Source of the DNA: Phoronis australis
Taxonomy: Eukaryota > Animalia > Phoronida
Reading direction: 5' to 3'
Length of the DNA: 64,000 bases
Assembly: GCA_002633005.1 (NCBI GenBank)
Contig: NMRA01000091.1
Span: forward strand, 891,820 to 955,819
The translations under genes were made by a program, and so were the position numbers. Below are positions 50,101 to 63,029 of the stretch, piece after piece (the stretch's first letter is position 1; each line of letters opens with the position of its first letter). A model generated the notes under the pieces. It had not been told where the DNA came from. It did not search any database and worked only from the letters and a program-made list of their open reading frames with translations.

Positions 50101-52806
50101 AAAGTTAGAGCCTTGCACAGTCTAGTAGTTAGTCACAGTGGCCTCTCCTTGCATCGTGGCCAAGATTTGTGACTATCGTGGTTGGCGGCGAAAATGTGAC
50201 GACCGGAAAGGTGAAAATTCTGGCGCTTGGGTGAGGAGTAATTCAATGATTGTGGCTACCAGGGGAGGAGAGGGCAATACAGTGATGATGGGGGTGGTAG
50301 CAGAATTCACGGGAGTCTCGTGCTCTGTGTATTACTGTTGTGCAAAAGACTCTAAGAAACCTCCATGCGACTGTATCTAAATATGCCTAGGCTTTGAATT
50401 ATTGTATTCCACGCAAGAAATAACATAGATTTCTATTACGAAGTGGGAAAATGTCTAAAAGCGTTGGGCGCACACGAACGTCAGTTAAACTGGACACTCA
50501 TACTTACTGTCGCTGTCGCATGATACAGTCTTTCTGTGATTTCCGACCAACCAAACCCAGCCGCCGACACCTGAACTAATTTCAGCACATTGGCTCCTGG
50601 CAGGACGACCACCGCGTGTTCCTGTAACGATTAACGCGTGAAAACGTCACAGAAGGCCCTCTATTGGCATCAAAGGCTACTAGTGTCATGTGAGTTTCAA
50701 ATTCAAGTTTGCACTTGATGGGCTCTACATTCGAGCTACACACGCGAGCAGACACTCGAGATCTCGAGTAAAAACTGTTTCCATTACTACACTCGTCGTT
50801 GATTATTCAGCAAACACGCATGCGCGCACTTAGGTTCATGCGACGCCTATGCGTAAAACTGCGCTCATAAATATCCAACGTTATAAACACGTGGCAAAAC
50901 TCGAAACGTCTATGTAAAACTAAGGCCCAATTTTAATAGCTTGAGTAATTACTGAGTTATCAGACTCTTCTGCAGAATAGACGTTGGTATGAGTTTCGAA
51001 TGAACGAATAAAAGTAAAATGCCAAGCAAGGATAAAAAAGAAAGAAAACACGCAATCGCCGACACTACATTTGTAATACAAGCACACGTGAAATGTTGAC
51101 GGAAGCCGATCACCTTAGAGCCAAACACTTGAGGAAAGCTAGACTTTTGGAAACAATGATAAATAACGGCAGCTGTGAAAATCGTTCAGGGATAATAAAA
51201 TCATGATCAAATCACCCTGCGATATTTCAATTTTGGAGGGCCGGTTGATCACTAACGTCTCTCAATTACATTCTAGTGACCTCCACGGTCTCCCCAAAAT
51301 TGGCCCCGTCTAAAACTAAGATTATCCACCCATTAACTTCGTAAAGTTACATTGATATCTGGTTAGAGTTGTTTCCACGTGTTGTATTTTCAGACTTTCT
51401 ATTTCTTCCAATATCGGGCATCAACAGCAGTTAGTGACCATTTCCGATTTTGATAACTGGATTTCATTTCTTCTGCTTCCTTAACTCGGTAATTTTCTCT
51501 TTGTCACTATTTTTCAGAGAATTAGATAGATCGCTGAGAACTTTTGAACGCTCAGTGGCCACAATGCTGTTTATATTAAAGAGTCACTTAGTACCTGACA
51601 TCAGAAGGCCGGGAGGGCATATGAAGTCGCACTTGGCACCACGGGAGTTTATGGACCTCCCAGATGGGTGGGAACAATTCCAGCGAGCTGCTCTATTGGT
51701 TACCCTGGCATTGATGGGCAGATCGGGAAAGGACTGGCACTCGATTTCTTAAAGAGAATGTAATTAGTTGACAAACAAATGCGTAGGCAAGAATGAACGT
51801 GCACTATAAAGAAAGCAATGAAGAAACATTAATTGGAATTTTGTCTTCGTGTAAGTGTATCGTCATTTCTCACTATACCCAGGTTCAACTTCGGGTATCT
51901 ATATCTTAGACATACTAGAGTTTTCTTCACGCATTGAACCTTGATCTGAACTCCGAGTTTTGTAAAAGACCTTGTGCCGAATGTTAAAATACAAAGGTGG
52001 AGTTCTAGGGTCCATACTAGCATCTGTCGAATTAGCTGCAATGTTTCGTTGTTTATCTCATAACAACGCTTGCATCCACGCCTTTATGAAACACCGCAGC
52101 CGGAATAGATTCTAGTTGTGTAGTCGTCCACAAGAGGCTGGTCAGTACACAGCTCGATGCAGGTTTCCCGCACACAGAGAGGAAAAATCTCACGTTTGTA
52201 ATTAACAGCGTAAATATAGCGCACACGGTTAGAAGGAGCCAACAAGAGAGATTTGTTGATGCCAGGTTTGCAAAAATAAATTTTCATTAGCCACCTAAGT
52301 TATCAGCCTAGTCACTCGACTCGCTCGCCCGATTTACGCTAACCACTGCGGTAAATGAATTCCAACAAGCGAGACTTGTTCGCCTCCCCGCCTAATGAGG
52401 CAAAATCCTCACATTTCCTTTTACCGCAGATGCAAGGTACGAGTTGAGCTCATTTTCATTCGAGGCACGTGTCTCTTCGTATGCGCTCTCTATTTACCTG
52501 GCCAGCGTAAGGCCTCACAGCATGCGGCGACGTGAGCTAAGTGGTCAACTGGTTTAGTAGGTCGTCAGAACGAATGAAAATTAACTGACAACAATAAATC
52601 TCTCTCGCTGCTGTTTACTACAAATTAAGTAATAAGCCAGTCCGCGCTCAGACTTTGTTACGACTGTGTACTATGCGATCTCCGATAAAAGGGACAACTG
52701 AAGTTAAAATTTACTCATCAAACTAGCGTTCACAAATGTAAATAAAAGTTGTGTACTCATAGAATTGTTATAATAAAACAGGGAGAAAATGTCAATTGAG
52801 TCTCAC

Positions 52807-55232
52807 TTTTTGTGGGTTCAGCGTCCACGTTTGAATTGTTGGAGGCCGCTCTGGCGAAAAATGTAATGAGTGATGTCCGTGGATTCTGGTTTTGGCGCAC
52901 AGCTGTTCTAATTTTGCCTTTTACCAGATCAGAAATGTCAGTCGAATCTCTTGGTTCTGAAGGAGACGACTCGTCGACGACTATTTGTAATAACTTCCGG
53001 TCGACGCCAACTTTGAAAGACACCTTTACAGTACCGGTAGAACTCTTGCTGCAATATCAGAATGTGATGTCGTGTATTCAACGAAGAGAAATTAACACTG
53101 TCATCTAGTAAATTCGAACAAATTGTTGTACTTATTGTGCAAGGGACAATCTATTAAGCCTATGATGCAACGTGCTGCATTAATACTGAATTGCTCAACG
53201 ATAGCTAGAAAAAAGAAGTTTACGTCAAGGTGTTCCTTCCGGTTCAACAACGGCGGGAAGATCAGCCATGTGGGGTCTGAGCTGCAGGCTCGGAACGTTA
53301 TGCGTACCTCACTTATAGTCTTCTAACAAGTAACTTCTATCGTTTTATCACCAAAAAGAAGTTGTTTGCCAACATGGTTGAACTATAATGGAAATCTCTG
53401 TGCGCCATAGTGCCTCAATACTTACGTGAAACTTGCCACTTTACAACCTTTCAAGGCATCTTCGTCTAAATATAGCTTGAAAGTCTTTTTCATCTAAAAA
53501 TAAATAGTTTATAATGAACTTTCAACTAAATTAATATCACCTGTGAAAGAGTGGCAGAGACAAATTTTAATGACGAATGTTTGCAAGAAAATTTGTTTAT
53601 TGCAGTTTTACTTACAGCGTCTTTGCAAACGCTGTCTTCTAACTCCTTGAATTTTGCACTTGTCTTGTTGCTGAGGTCCGGATCAAATGTTATCTTGTCC
53701 AAATCTAACGACACTTTGACTTCCTCGGTTTCTGAAAAACGGAACGTGATCGCCTTGGTTTGTTAACTTCCACAGTCGTTATTAAAACAGTCCAGCTTTG
53801 GGCAACTGTATTGGCGTTCTTACATCTGACGTTAACGAGAACAGGGAAATTATGGAATGCCAATGTGTTCTTTTGAGAACGCGTACATTGTAATCTGCCA
53901 CGGTGAAAAAGGATTTCCGACGATCACAAGCTAGGCACTAACATATTTCACTATGAGCGAGTACAATGCATGCGTTCTCAAAAGAACACTTTCGATATCT
54001 ATGCAATTAGCCATTGTTCTGAGCGTGTTCACCAATCGACTTTCGGATTCGCGCATGCGTTGTACAACGACCGTTTCGTAACATTCTCCTGACAAGTGCA
54101 CTGCTTACGAAATGCAAAAGACCTCATTGGCTTTCCATAGAACATAGCAGAAACCCATTAGAATGTGTCTGTGAATAAAAACCAAGCATTTTGAAGTCAT
54201 GAGCAGCACCATCCTTGATTTTTCATGTCGACAATCTACGGAAAACATGTTTTGTTGTAGCAAGATCTAGTCCAGTATTGAAGGACTGAAGTTTTAAATC
54301 CATGTCACAGCTGTTTGAATCATTTCAATGGTACTGGTTTCTGATTTTTTGAACGCCGTTAGCTGTAACTAATAACAGGCCAAGACCATGGTTATCTGAT
54401 ATTTTACTACTCAGTATTGTTAGTTGACGACAAAAAGGAGCATGATTCTATGCCAAACAGAATATTATTATTCATGATACTTGCCAGAAATCTTTCTCAG
54501 TTATATACGTACGAGAGTACAATCATGCAAGAGCCATGTGCATTATAAGTTGTAGGGTGTGTAGAACTCGTGTAGACACTCGACAGAAATGGGCAATTTG
54601 TTCTTGGGCAAGTTGCCCTAGGGTAACTTGTAATGTGGAGATGACTATAGTAATCACATTAGTTTTGGCCGTAATTTCTACCTGCTATCACTACTTTCAT
54701 CTTGATATTGATGAAATTACCTGTTGGTGTCGCTATGGTTGTCGTCACTTGCACCTGGTTCGGGTCGCGGCCTGTGTTTCGACCCATTAATGCTGAAATC
54801 AACAACAGAACAATTCCAACCATTTGTTTTTAGTGAACTAAAAGATGTTGCAACTCCATTTATGTCTGAAAATGGCAACTAGAAAAAAAAATTAAAACGC
54901 AGCTCACGTCAATGTTTTCAAAAACATTTAGCCAATATAGTTTGTAAGTCTTTTGAACTAAAAAGTGAAAATGAAACATTGTCTCGGTCCAAATCCGCCC
55001 CTGTACCCCATGATGTACACACACCTGCCAATATTGCAGCGACTACCAATGTCGCTACTACTGCAAAAGTGAGCCAAGCAAACCGTCTTAAGCGCTTTTT
55101 CAACTGCTTTTTCCGCGAACTGTTTTGCTGGGATGTCGTAGAAGCATCATCTGACGGAGTGCTCCCATAAACGTTATTTCTTTCAAAGAACGGCCTGCGA
55201 TTTCCCCCAATGCCTCCATAGGTGCCTCTTCC
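52807..55232 (-). CDS. Type II transmembrane protein with a SEA domain; internal exons 55232-55025, 54792-54721, 53731-53616, 53493-53426, 53048-52807; termini uncertain
   Basis: Five GT-AG exons join in frame (phases 1,1,0,2,1). They encode a basic juxtamembrane segment RKKQLKKRLRR, a hydrophobic stretch FAWLTFAVVATLVVAAILAALM, a Thr-rich stem, and SEA-like ITFDPDLSNKTSAKFKELEDSVC...GCKVASFT...GTVKVSF. Confidence 0.75.
53851..54139. mobile_element. MITE in an intron of the SEA gene
   Basis: Terminal inverted repeat tatggaatgccaatg / cattggctttccata; internal 31-bp near-perfect inverted repeat 53865-53895 / 53959-53989. Confidence 0.65.
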
Positions 55233-57855
55233 CTAAAATGTGACAGCAGAATTAGATTTAAGTTGAGGACACAATTTCCGTTACATCGAAATTTGAACTT
55301 TAGCACATTTTGCGGAACTTCCTAAAGAATTTGCGATATAGGAATTAATTTGATTGCAAACACTGCACATTATAAAACTCCATAAGTTTGTGAAACACAC
55401 AAGGAGGTTAATGCAGAATATTTCACTTCAACATGGCTTGGTCACAACATGTTTACTGTTGTAAGCTATCGTCACGAGGTAAACTTATATGTACAAACCA
55501 GAAATGGGGTCTTAGATAGAATTGTTCACGCGGCTGCCTCAGCCGGCTATCTTGACACCGCAATGATGTCGTATTATACATTGTGACAAGAATTTCAGTG
55601 TTTTTATGTGGGCTGTGGTTTTTCTAGAGAAAAGCACAAGTGAATACGCAAAGTTGAAAAAGCGATGCAAACCTCCACAGAGCCATTTATATTTACATAT
55701 CAAAGCGACAGCTATTTTATGGGAGGTTCTTTCAAGTTCACCGATAGATGGCAAAACCAGCACCAATGCCCTAGAAACCACAACTGACTTGTGCCGCGCT
55801 AGCGCAACCTCTTGAAAACAAAGCCGTGTCGCTCCCTTCTCCAATGAAAGGGTCATTCACTGCTCGACCGTTTCATCAAGTTTTAACTTGGAAAAATGCA
55901 TCAAGTCATTAAAAACTGACTTTGGTAAGCTACTTCACCTAAAAGTATTAACTATGTCAATAAGTAATATTACTAGTTATGAAATTTACCTATCTCCGTT
56001 TTGTTACTAATGGAATTATTTCGCTTGACTTCAGGTAAGTTAAAAAATTCAATTACAATATAGATTGTTCATAGTTGACGTACTGGCACAAGGTTAACAA
56101 AGAGGCGGTTTGAATGCATAATTATTAGCACAATAGCAGGAGGGTCGTAGTCATGAATATTTCATTGACGTCAAAAACAGACAGTGCTCAGCAGTGCGAC
56201 GCGTCGCGAATCAACTTGTTGAACACACGCCGCGACTTTCATGCCTTTGAGACTGCATACATGTAGTAGTAACTGATTTTCACCTTGAATGAAAGCCACT
56301 TTTACAGTTAATTGACTTGTTTTAGTACACATTCGAAGTAACTTAAGTCATTATTCCTGTTGATGCCTTCCCAAAGACAGGGAGCACGAGCGAAGAATCT
56401 TTATTTTGCATTCTGAAAGACAGGTTGTGATTTCTAACACCTGCACTATTGGATAAATTTGACATGAAGGAATCGTGGAGGGTTTTTAAAAATACATAGA
56501 TGTGTTTCATCGCCGTAACTTTTGCAGTTGTCCTTGTAAACGAAATTCGAAAATTGTGTATCAAAAAGTGAAGAAAACATAATTGCTTAAAAGTATCTAT
56601 CAAAATTAAATTTTGAAAACAAAACTCACTAGATTAGATTGGCTAGAGGGTTGATTAAACCAAGTCCAGCTGTTTATAAGACGTTTTACTTCAGTGATTG
56701 CTGGGAGAACTCACAACAAATAATTTTAAAAAGTGCATTTGTGTGAATACAAAACAATAAGAAAGAAATAGTTGTTTTACATTGATGCGCCTGAAAGACA
56801 CTCGTAAGTCGTTGAGTTGTGGTTACATGATTGATGATACAAAGGAGGGTGGAGTGTTTTTTAAGGCGCAATGAACCCTGGTTTGTGGTAAATGAGTGGG
56901 ACTTTTAAGTTGCTTTTGTCTCACTAATCGGATCTGCCCTGTACAAGATATCAAATCCACGTTGTTACTAAACGACCAAAACAGGTTAAGCAAAGTGAAT
57001 CTCTGGTCACATGTATTGCTGCTCTGGTAAAATTGTATGTCGCGGACGACGAGCAGATGTCGGCTGTTCGTCAAAATGGGCGCTAACTGGGACTCGCATC
57101 TTGAAGATACTTTTATTTTCCTACATGAGTCATATCCAATACGCAATTTCCTATTTACAATAGTAACACATCTACCAAAACTTGCATACAAAAAGTAATT
57201 TCAAAACCTATTTCAAACATGGGTCAGAATTTTGTCGTTCTCTCATGTCATTGTCGGTTAGTGGCTCCACAAAGCTCGTCAAACCATCGCTTAGGTAATT
57301 AAAAATTGTTAATAGTTTTAAGGTTTTTGCGAGTTATCTCCGTACAGAGTTATTTTCCGTGGACCGTCAAAGTCTCTTGCAAGACAAACTAGTTCGCGCA
57401 AAACCGTGCAAAGTCTCGTAAGTGATAGGTGACTGTTTCTAACCTAGCAAAATGACGACTACTTAAATGGTTGGTCGGTGGGGCTGAAATATTGAATTAT
57501 GGAAAAAAATCATAAATTATGGGATACAATTCCACTTTTTCATAATGTACTCGGGCACAGACTAATAACCACTCATCATAACTTCGCACAAAAGGAGAAC
57601 AGAAAATGGCAAGAATAACTTCGAGTTGGACTTGCAGTACAAAGACGAGAAACCGGCCTAGAAGTTATCTTCGCATTAGTTTAATTGGTGGAGTTTAGAA
57701 CGGAGCGTCAATTCTTCGTTGCGGCCGGTTTAATGACATTATGGTCTCAGAAAACTGATTTTCTGGGATTAACCCCAACGGTGATTCGAGCCTGTAACCC
57801 TGGTGCGGAACAGCGATGAATTGCAGAGTATTTTAAGGATATTTAACTGCTACAG

Positions 57856-57997
57856 CATGGGCGGCGCACCATAGGGGGATGGGGAGGCATAGCCACAACT
57901 TATTTCAGTGATGCACCCTCCATGGTCTATGGGCAGTGCACCACAGGGAGCTGGGAGGCTATAGCCCCCACTTTTTCTTAGTGCTGCGCCGTCCATG
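57856..57997. mobile_element. MITE of the CATGGGCGGCGCA family, copy 1
   Basis: Ends catgggcggcgca / tgcgccgtccatg; flanks tacag / tgcaa may be a decayed 5-bp target duplication. Confidence 0.7.
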
Positions 57998-59064
57998 TGC
58001 AACCAACGGTCTTGATTTCAACGAATGTCTTTCTGGCAGAAAACGGCGAGAATATTCGATTTGGTATAAAAATTTATTTATTGATTTATTTATTTATTTA
58101 AACGTCTTTAAAAGACTCTGTGACCACTTCAGTGAATGTACTGAATTTCAAGTGGGCCCAGTGGGAAATAATTACACGAAGTAAAATACAGACAGCTATG
58201 TACAACTGGATTGAAAGGATTAATAAAAAACAGTAATTTGAACAAAAACTCAATGGATTTTGAAGCTCAAGTCACAGTTAATAACTGTACAATGTCCACT
58301 CGACTCAGCAACAATCCTAAAAATGCGTTTTCGGCCGTGGAACCGATGTCTCTTTCACTTTGGTCATCGGAGCTATCTGCATTCAAGTTCTAAAATGTTT
58401 ACTATTTTGAGGGTAAAATAGGATTTTTTTTCACAGAATTATTTGAAGGTGACTTGAATTAAATTATTATGATAGTCAATCAGTGAGTCGTTCATGGAAA
58501 CGCGAATATTGTTTTAGAAATGAACCCAGAACAGTAATTCGTCAATCACAACACAATGCATCTGTCACAACTTTGAAATTGGATCAGCTCTCGCTGTCCA
58601 AATAGTCACAACAATCTTCAAGTGTGACAATTTGGACCTGTAGACAGAACGTTGTTAGTCTAAAATGTTACAAATCTTAAACAAATTAGTTTACTATAAA
58701 ATGTCGGTTTAGTGTGGTTTTCCTTTCCACGACTTAATCTCACCATCGTTCTGTTAGCATCATTTACAAATTGTTAATCTGTTGTGACGTAATAAGACAA
58801 ACTGACCACTACTCCACATGTTGGGAAACTAAACTGCTTTCAGGGGTACGACCGAAAGTGTAGCGAAATGAATTTCGATAAAAGTTGTCATGAACCTATG
58901 TTACATTTTTACAGCAGGAAAATCATGGTGAAAATTTCTTAAAATATTTGCAAGTAATTACGTAATGAATGTATATTTTGATTTTTCATCCTTTGTTATT
59001 TTAGGAAGAATATTTAACAAAAAACGAAAGATTATTGTTTCACGAGTCATAATAAAGTACTCAC

Positions 59065-59139
59065 CAACATGATACAGTCTACCCACTCTGTTTGTTGACC
59101 TGTCTTAGTCTCAACATCAGGCACTGCGGATGAATACAT
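59065..59139 (-). CDS. Putative first coding exon of the SEA gene (MYSSAVPDVETKTGQQTEWVDCIML)
   Basis: Strong donor TTG|gtgagt in phase 0, compatible with the exon starting at 55232. Intermediate exons (e.g. near 58389) are possible. Confidence 0.35.
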
Positions 59140-61117
59140 GTATGACGTACTGTCGTGTCCTCAGTTTCTTCGCTTCACTAGCCTTCTGACTTGCAAGTGG
59201 AATGCGTTCACTGAGCCGGAACCACACATACGACGCATGCCATTGCCTTGTAGTAAAGCTCGCCAACATGCGGAACAGACACTACGGAGGTTGTGATCTT
59301 GGGTGTTGTCATCCAGCCAGTGTGTATGGGTTACTATCAGGGGCGGAACCAGGATTTTGAGTTAGGGGGGCCAAGGCACAGGAATAAGCAGCACTTCGGC
59401 AGATGCGCGCGCCCAGCCTAAAATCTGGGGATGCAGGGGTCTTGAATTCTTGGGTTTGCGGACCTGCTGACTAAAAAAAAATTTAAAAAAATTAAAAAAC
59501 GGTAAACGGGGTTTATTCAGGGCCTATGCGTTGTTTATTCACCCCCCCCCCCCAAGANACTGACTATCACATTTTCAAATTGAGTAGGGAAGCGAGGGCA
59601 GGGAGGAAACAAGTAGGGAGGGTCACTGAGTAGAGGCGTAAACCCAGGGGTGTGAGGAGGGTGAAACACCGCAATAATATTCATCATTTCTGTCACGAAC
59701 AATGATTGTTTATCTTTAAACACCAAAGTTCTTCAACATAAAGTTGGTTACCATATGTTGTGTAGAATGTCGAACTTTTCGTATAAAATACAGAATATCT
59801 TCTCCGACACCAAAAACTGATAAAGTAGCAATCGACAGTTGAGCTGATGGGTGTCTCAGTGTGAGTGACCAAATGTAATTCGTCGTCTTTTTCATTATAA
59901 ACATTGGTGTATTGTCTCTTACTTACCGATTTTTATATAAATTTAGGCTTCATTTTCGTATCACATATTATTTTAACTTATTCTTATTTTAATTCATTAA
60001 CTTGTTTGTTTATTGTGTGCCATGCTTGTTTTACTGCATTAGAAATAAACAAATCAAAAACGTGTGATTGGGCAAACCTTCGTACTTCCTACGTTGCGGC
60101 CTGAATGAATCTATCACGTATTTCAAGCAAGAGACATAGATAGTTCGCTATCAAAATTTGAATAAAAAATGAGCGAAGTTGATAACTGTCCTTGTTGATG
60201 ACGCCCTTTCCCGAGAATAGAAGGGACTCAAATGTCTTCTATTGTATCTAGTGCGGGTAATTTATTAACAGATGGGTGGACCATGAAACGCCTGTCAAAA
60301 GCTCATCTTATCAACCGCTAATCACAAACCCATCAAAAAAGAGACCAAACACTTTATTCATGTAATACAGTCTAAAATTTCGTACAGCTTATGGAGACCC
60401 CGTGAAGGAGGCCGCTGATCACGGAACTTCCAGAAAAAATTCATTACAGAATAACCCCAAGGTCGATTCGAGTTACATACATGTACGAAGTAGCTGGTAA
60501 TAGTGCACTCAAGCATAAATTTTTAGAACAAAGAATAACAGAAAGTAATTACTGAAACACCGATTGGAAAGTTCTTAAAATATTTGACAAGCCATTACGG
60601 ATAGAAGCTTTCGCAAAAAATATGAGATAACGAAATATATGTATATGAAAGATGGCGTTGTCTTGACAGGGCCGTAGGAAGCGGGGGGGCCGGGGGGGCC
60701 CGTGCCCCCCAAAAATCTTCAGCGTAGAAGCTTCTGCAACATCGTATTTTGATTTGAAGTACAGTTTTCTCAGACTTATAACGAAATTGAAGAATCTGAC
60801 TTAGTTATCAGAAAAACACCATAAAAACGTGTGGATCAGGCAGCTTCTATTTCGCCAAAGAATCGTTTCCCAAGACTGCAGAACAAGACTTCAAGTTGAT
60901 GTTTGGCGTCGTCGGCAAAGTGAAGACCTCACGGGTGTCCGGTAAGTGTTACATTATATCTAGCAGTAGCGCGTGCAGTTCTAAGCTTGAACTTTGGTGT
61001 TCAGTGCATTATTCGAGATGTCGACCACATGGAGGTAATTGAGTTTTCTAACGTTGTGGAGTTGTTTTTACTGTTCATTGTGATTGTCGCATGCACGTTA
61101 TAGCAGGAAACTGGAGT

Positions 61118-61325
61118 AAATTTCGATCAGTGGTCACAAATTCTCTATTTTACAGGGCCTTGGAGAACTCGTGGCGTCGATTGGATACGACTCGCAGAAA
61201 GCTGGAAGTCTATACGACACAAAATTTCGATCAGTGGTCACAAATTCTGTATTTTACAGGGCCTTGGAGAACTCGTGGCGTCGATTGGATACGACTCGTA
61301 GAAAGCTGGAAGTCTATACGACACA
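61118..61325. repeat. 104-bp tandem duplication x2
   Basis: 61118-61221 and 61222-61325 are nearly identical. Confidence 0.95.
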
Positions 61326-61509
61326 TACAGTAACCTTGTAACACAAGCTGTTGAATCCCCTCTTCCTACATCTAGTTTGTTGGAAAATGCTCTGATCGAC
61401 GAGTTCGCAAAATGCATAATTCCCGAATCTCACCAGTCAACACACGAACCCATTCGCACATCTGGGGACGGCAACTGTTTATTTCGAGCCGCTTCTCTTT
61501 CCATAACTG
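61260..61509 (+). pseudogene. OTU (vertnin-like) cysteine-protease exon remnant with in-frame stop
   Basis: ttttacag|GGC...PIRTSGDGNCLFRAASLSIT G|gtataa. TAG at 61299-61301 is CAG in the upstream duplicate. Confidence 0.6.
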
Positions 61510-61564
61510 GTATAACTTTATATTTTTCGTAATAGATTTTTGACTGTTACTTTAGTCGATATTA

Positions 61565-61701
61565 CATGGGCGGCGCAGCATTTAGTGGGGAGCTATATTC
61601 CCTCAGCCCCCTATCAGGTGCTCCGCCTACGCCCGCGGACGGTGCACCACTGAATTAAAGGGGGTGATAGCCTCTCAGCCCCCTATAGTGCGCCGCCCAT
61701 G
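61565..61701. mobile_element. MITE of the CATGGGCGGCGCA family, copy 2, with 5-bp target duplication TATTA
   Basis: Perfect 13-bp terminal inverted repeat catgggcggcgca / tgcgccgcccatg; tatta on both sides. Confidence 0.8.
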
Positions 61702-63029
61702 TATTAAGAATCGATTTTGGCTCATAGTGTTTGTTTTCTGATCGTGTTTTTGCTGAATGTAAACGACAAATCACACGGTCTGTCTAGAAATGTAATGAAT
61801 TACCCGTTGCTAAAATAGAAGTCATTGGCTATTATGGTAGAAAATGTCTGGGTTTTGAGGTATCGGCTAATTCAAACGTGTAACCTGTTTTAAATGGTGA
61901 TGAATAGAGATATATCTTAACTTGTGTGACAATAACTTGTATAATGACGAAAAACTTATAGTATTAACGCTCATTCTCTAAAATTATAGAGTTTAAATAT
62001 TTTCAATGAAATTTCCAAAGAACTGGGAGTGAAAAATTGAAAAAAAGGGTCAACGACCCACAGTTTATCTATAGTGCAGACTACTTTCTCCAACTGTGGT
62101 ACATGTATTCATGCATAAAGTGCATGCATTTAACATTAACTACGTTCACTCAACTCCTATGCTGGAAGACCGTAGATTTGNCCACAGTTTATCTATAGTG
62201 CAGACTACTTTCTCCAACTGTGGTATTCATGCATAAAGTGCATGCATTTAACATTAAGTACGTTCACTCAACTCCTATGCTGGAAGACCGTAGATTTGAG
62301 CGTTTGCACAGGAAGCAGTTATTGATTTGACCACGGTGATAATACCCGTGCACCTTTTGCATTTTGGTCTCAAATTTTGTTTGTTCACCATATTTCCGGA
62401 TAGCATTCAACAGTGGCTGTAGTACAATGACAAAATAGAATGTGTTAACTACTTTAGTATGTCCCATAGTGTCGCATTATAACGGGGAAATCAGAAACGT
62501 ATTTCACTTTCTTATGAAACGCGAGTAGTAGCTTAGTGAAACATAAGAATATGAAACACAGAATTCCTTCTTTCATACCCAAAAAGTAAAAGAAATACAT
62601 GTACGTTAGAAAAATATGTTATAGGCTTTGCTATACTACTAAATGTCAAATGAACCAAAGTTCAATTTGGAGAAGCAAAATGACGCCCATTAGCGGAGTG
62701 CGTGTTTAACTGAAACTACGAAGTAAATAGCCTATGCAAATTATCACAAAAGCCTAAAAATACAAAATTAGTTTTTACATTAACACATCGCGCCTTACTA
62801 AGGTTATGTAGCACCTTCTCGTTACGCCTGTATATTTAGCCAAATACATATATACTAAATTGTATACGACTTAGACCAGCAACAGTATATTTTTGGAAAG
62901 TAGTAATTCCGTAGAATTTGATTTTTGATTTCATACCAGTCCGCAACTAAATAGGTTGCTNTTGCTTTGTGAGGCGATAATCAAAGATGCAAAAAAGCCT
63001 ATTCCAGAGCCGTAATATTATTTCCGGAG

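Noticed and set aside
51450-51752. 100-aa + strand ORF with an acceptor-like site
   Set aside because: No domain recognised and no partner exons found.
62058-62298. ~120-bp tandem duplication
   Set aside because: The copies abut a single N, typical of unmerged allelic contig ends. It is probably not a real duplication and was used only as evidence of allelic difference.
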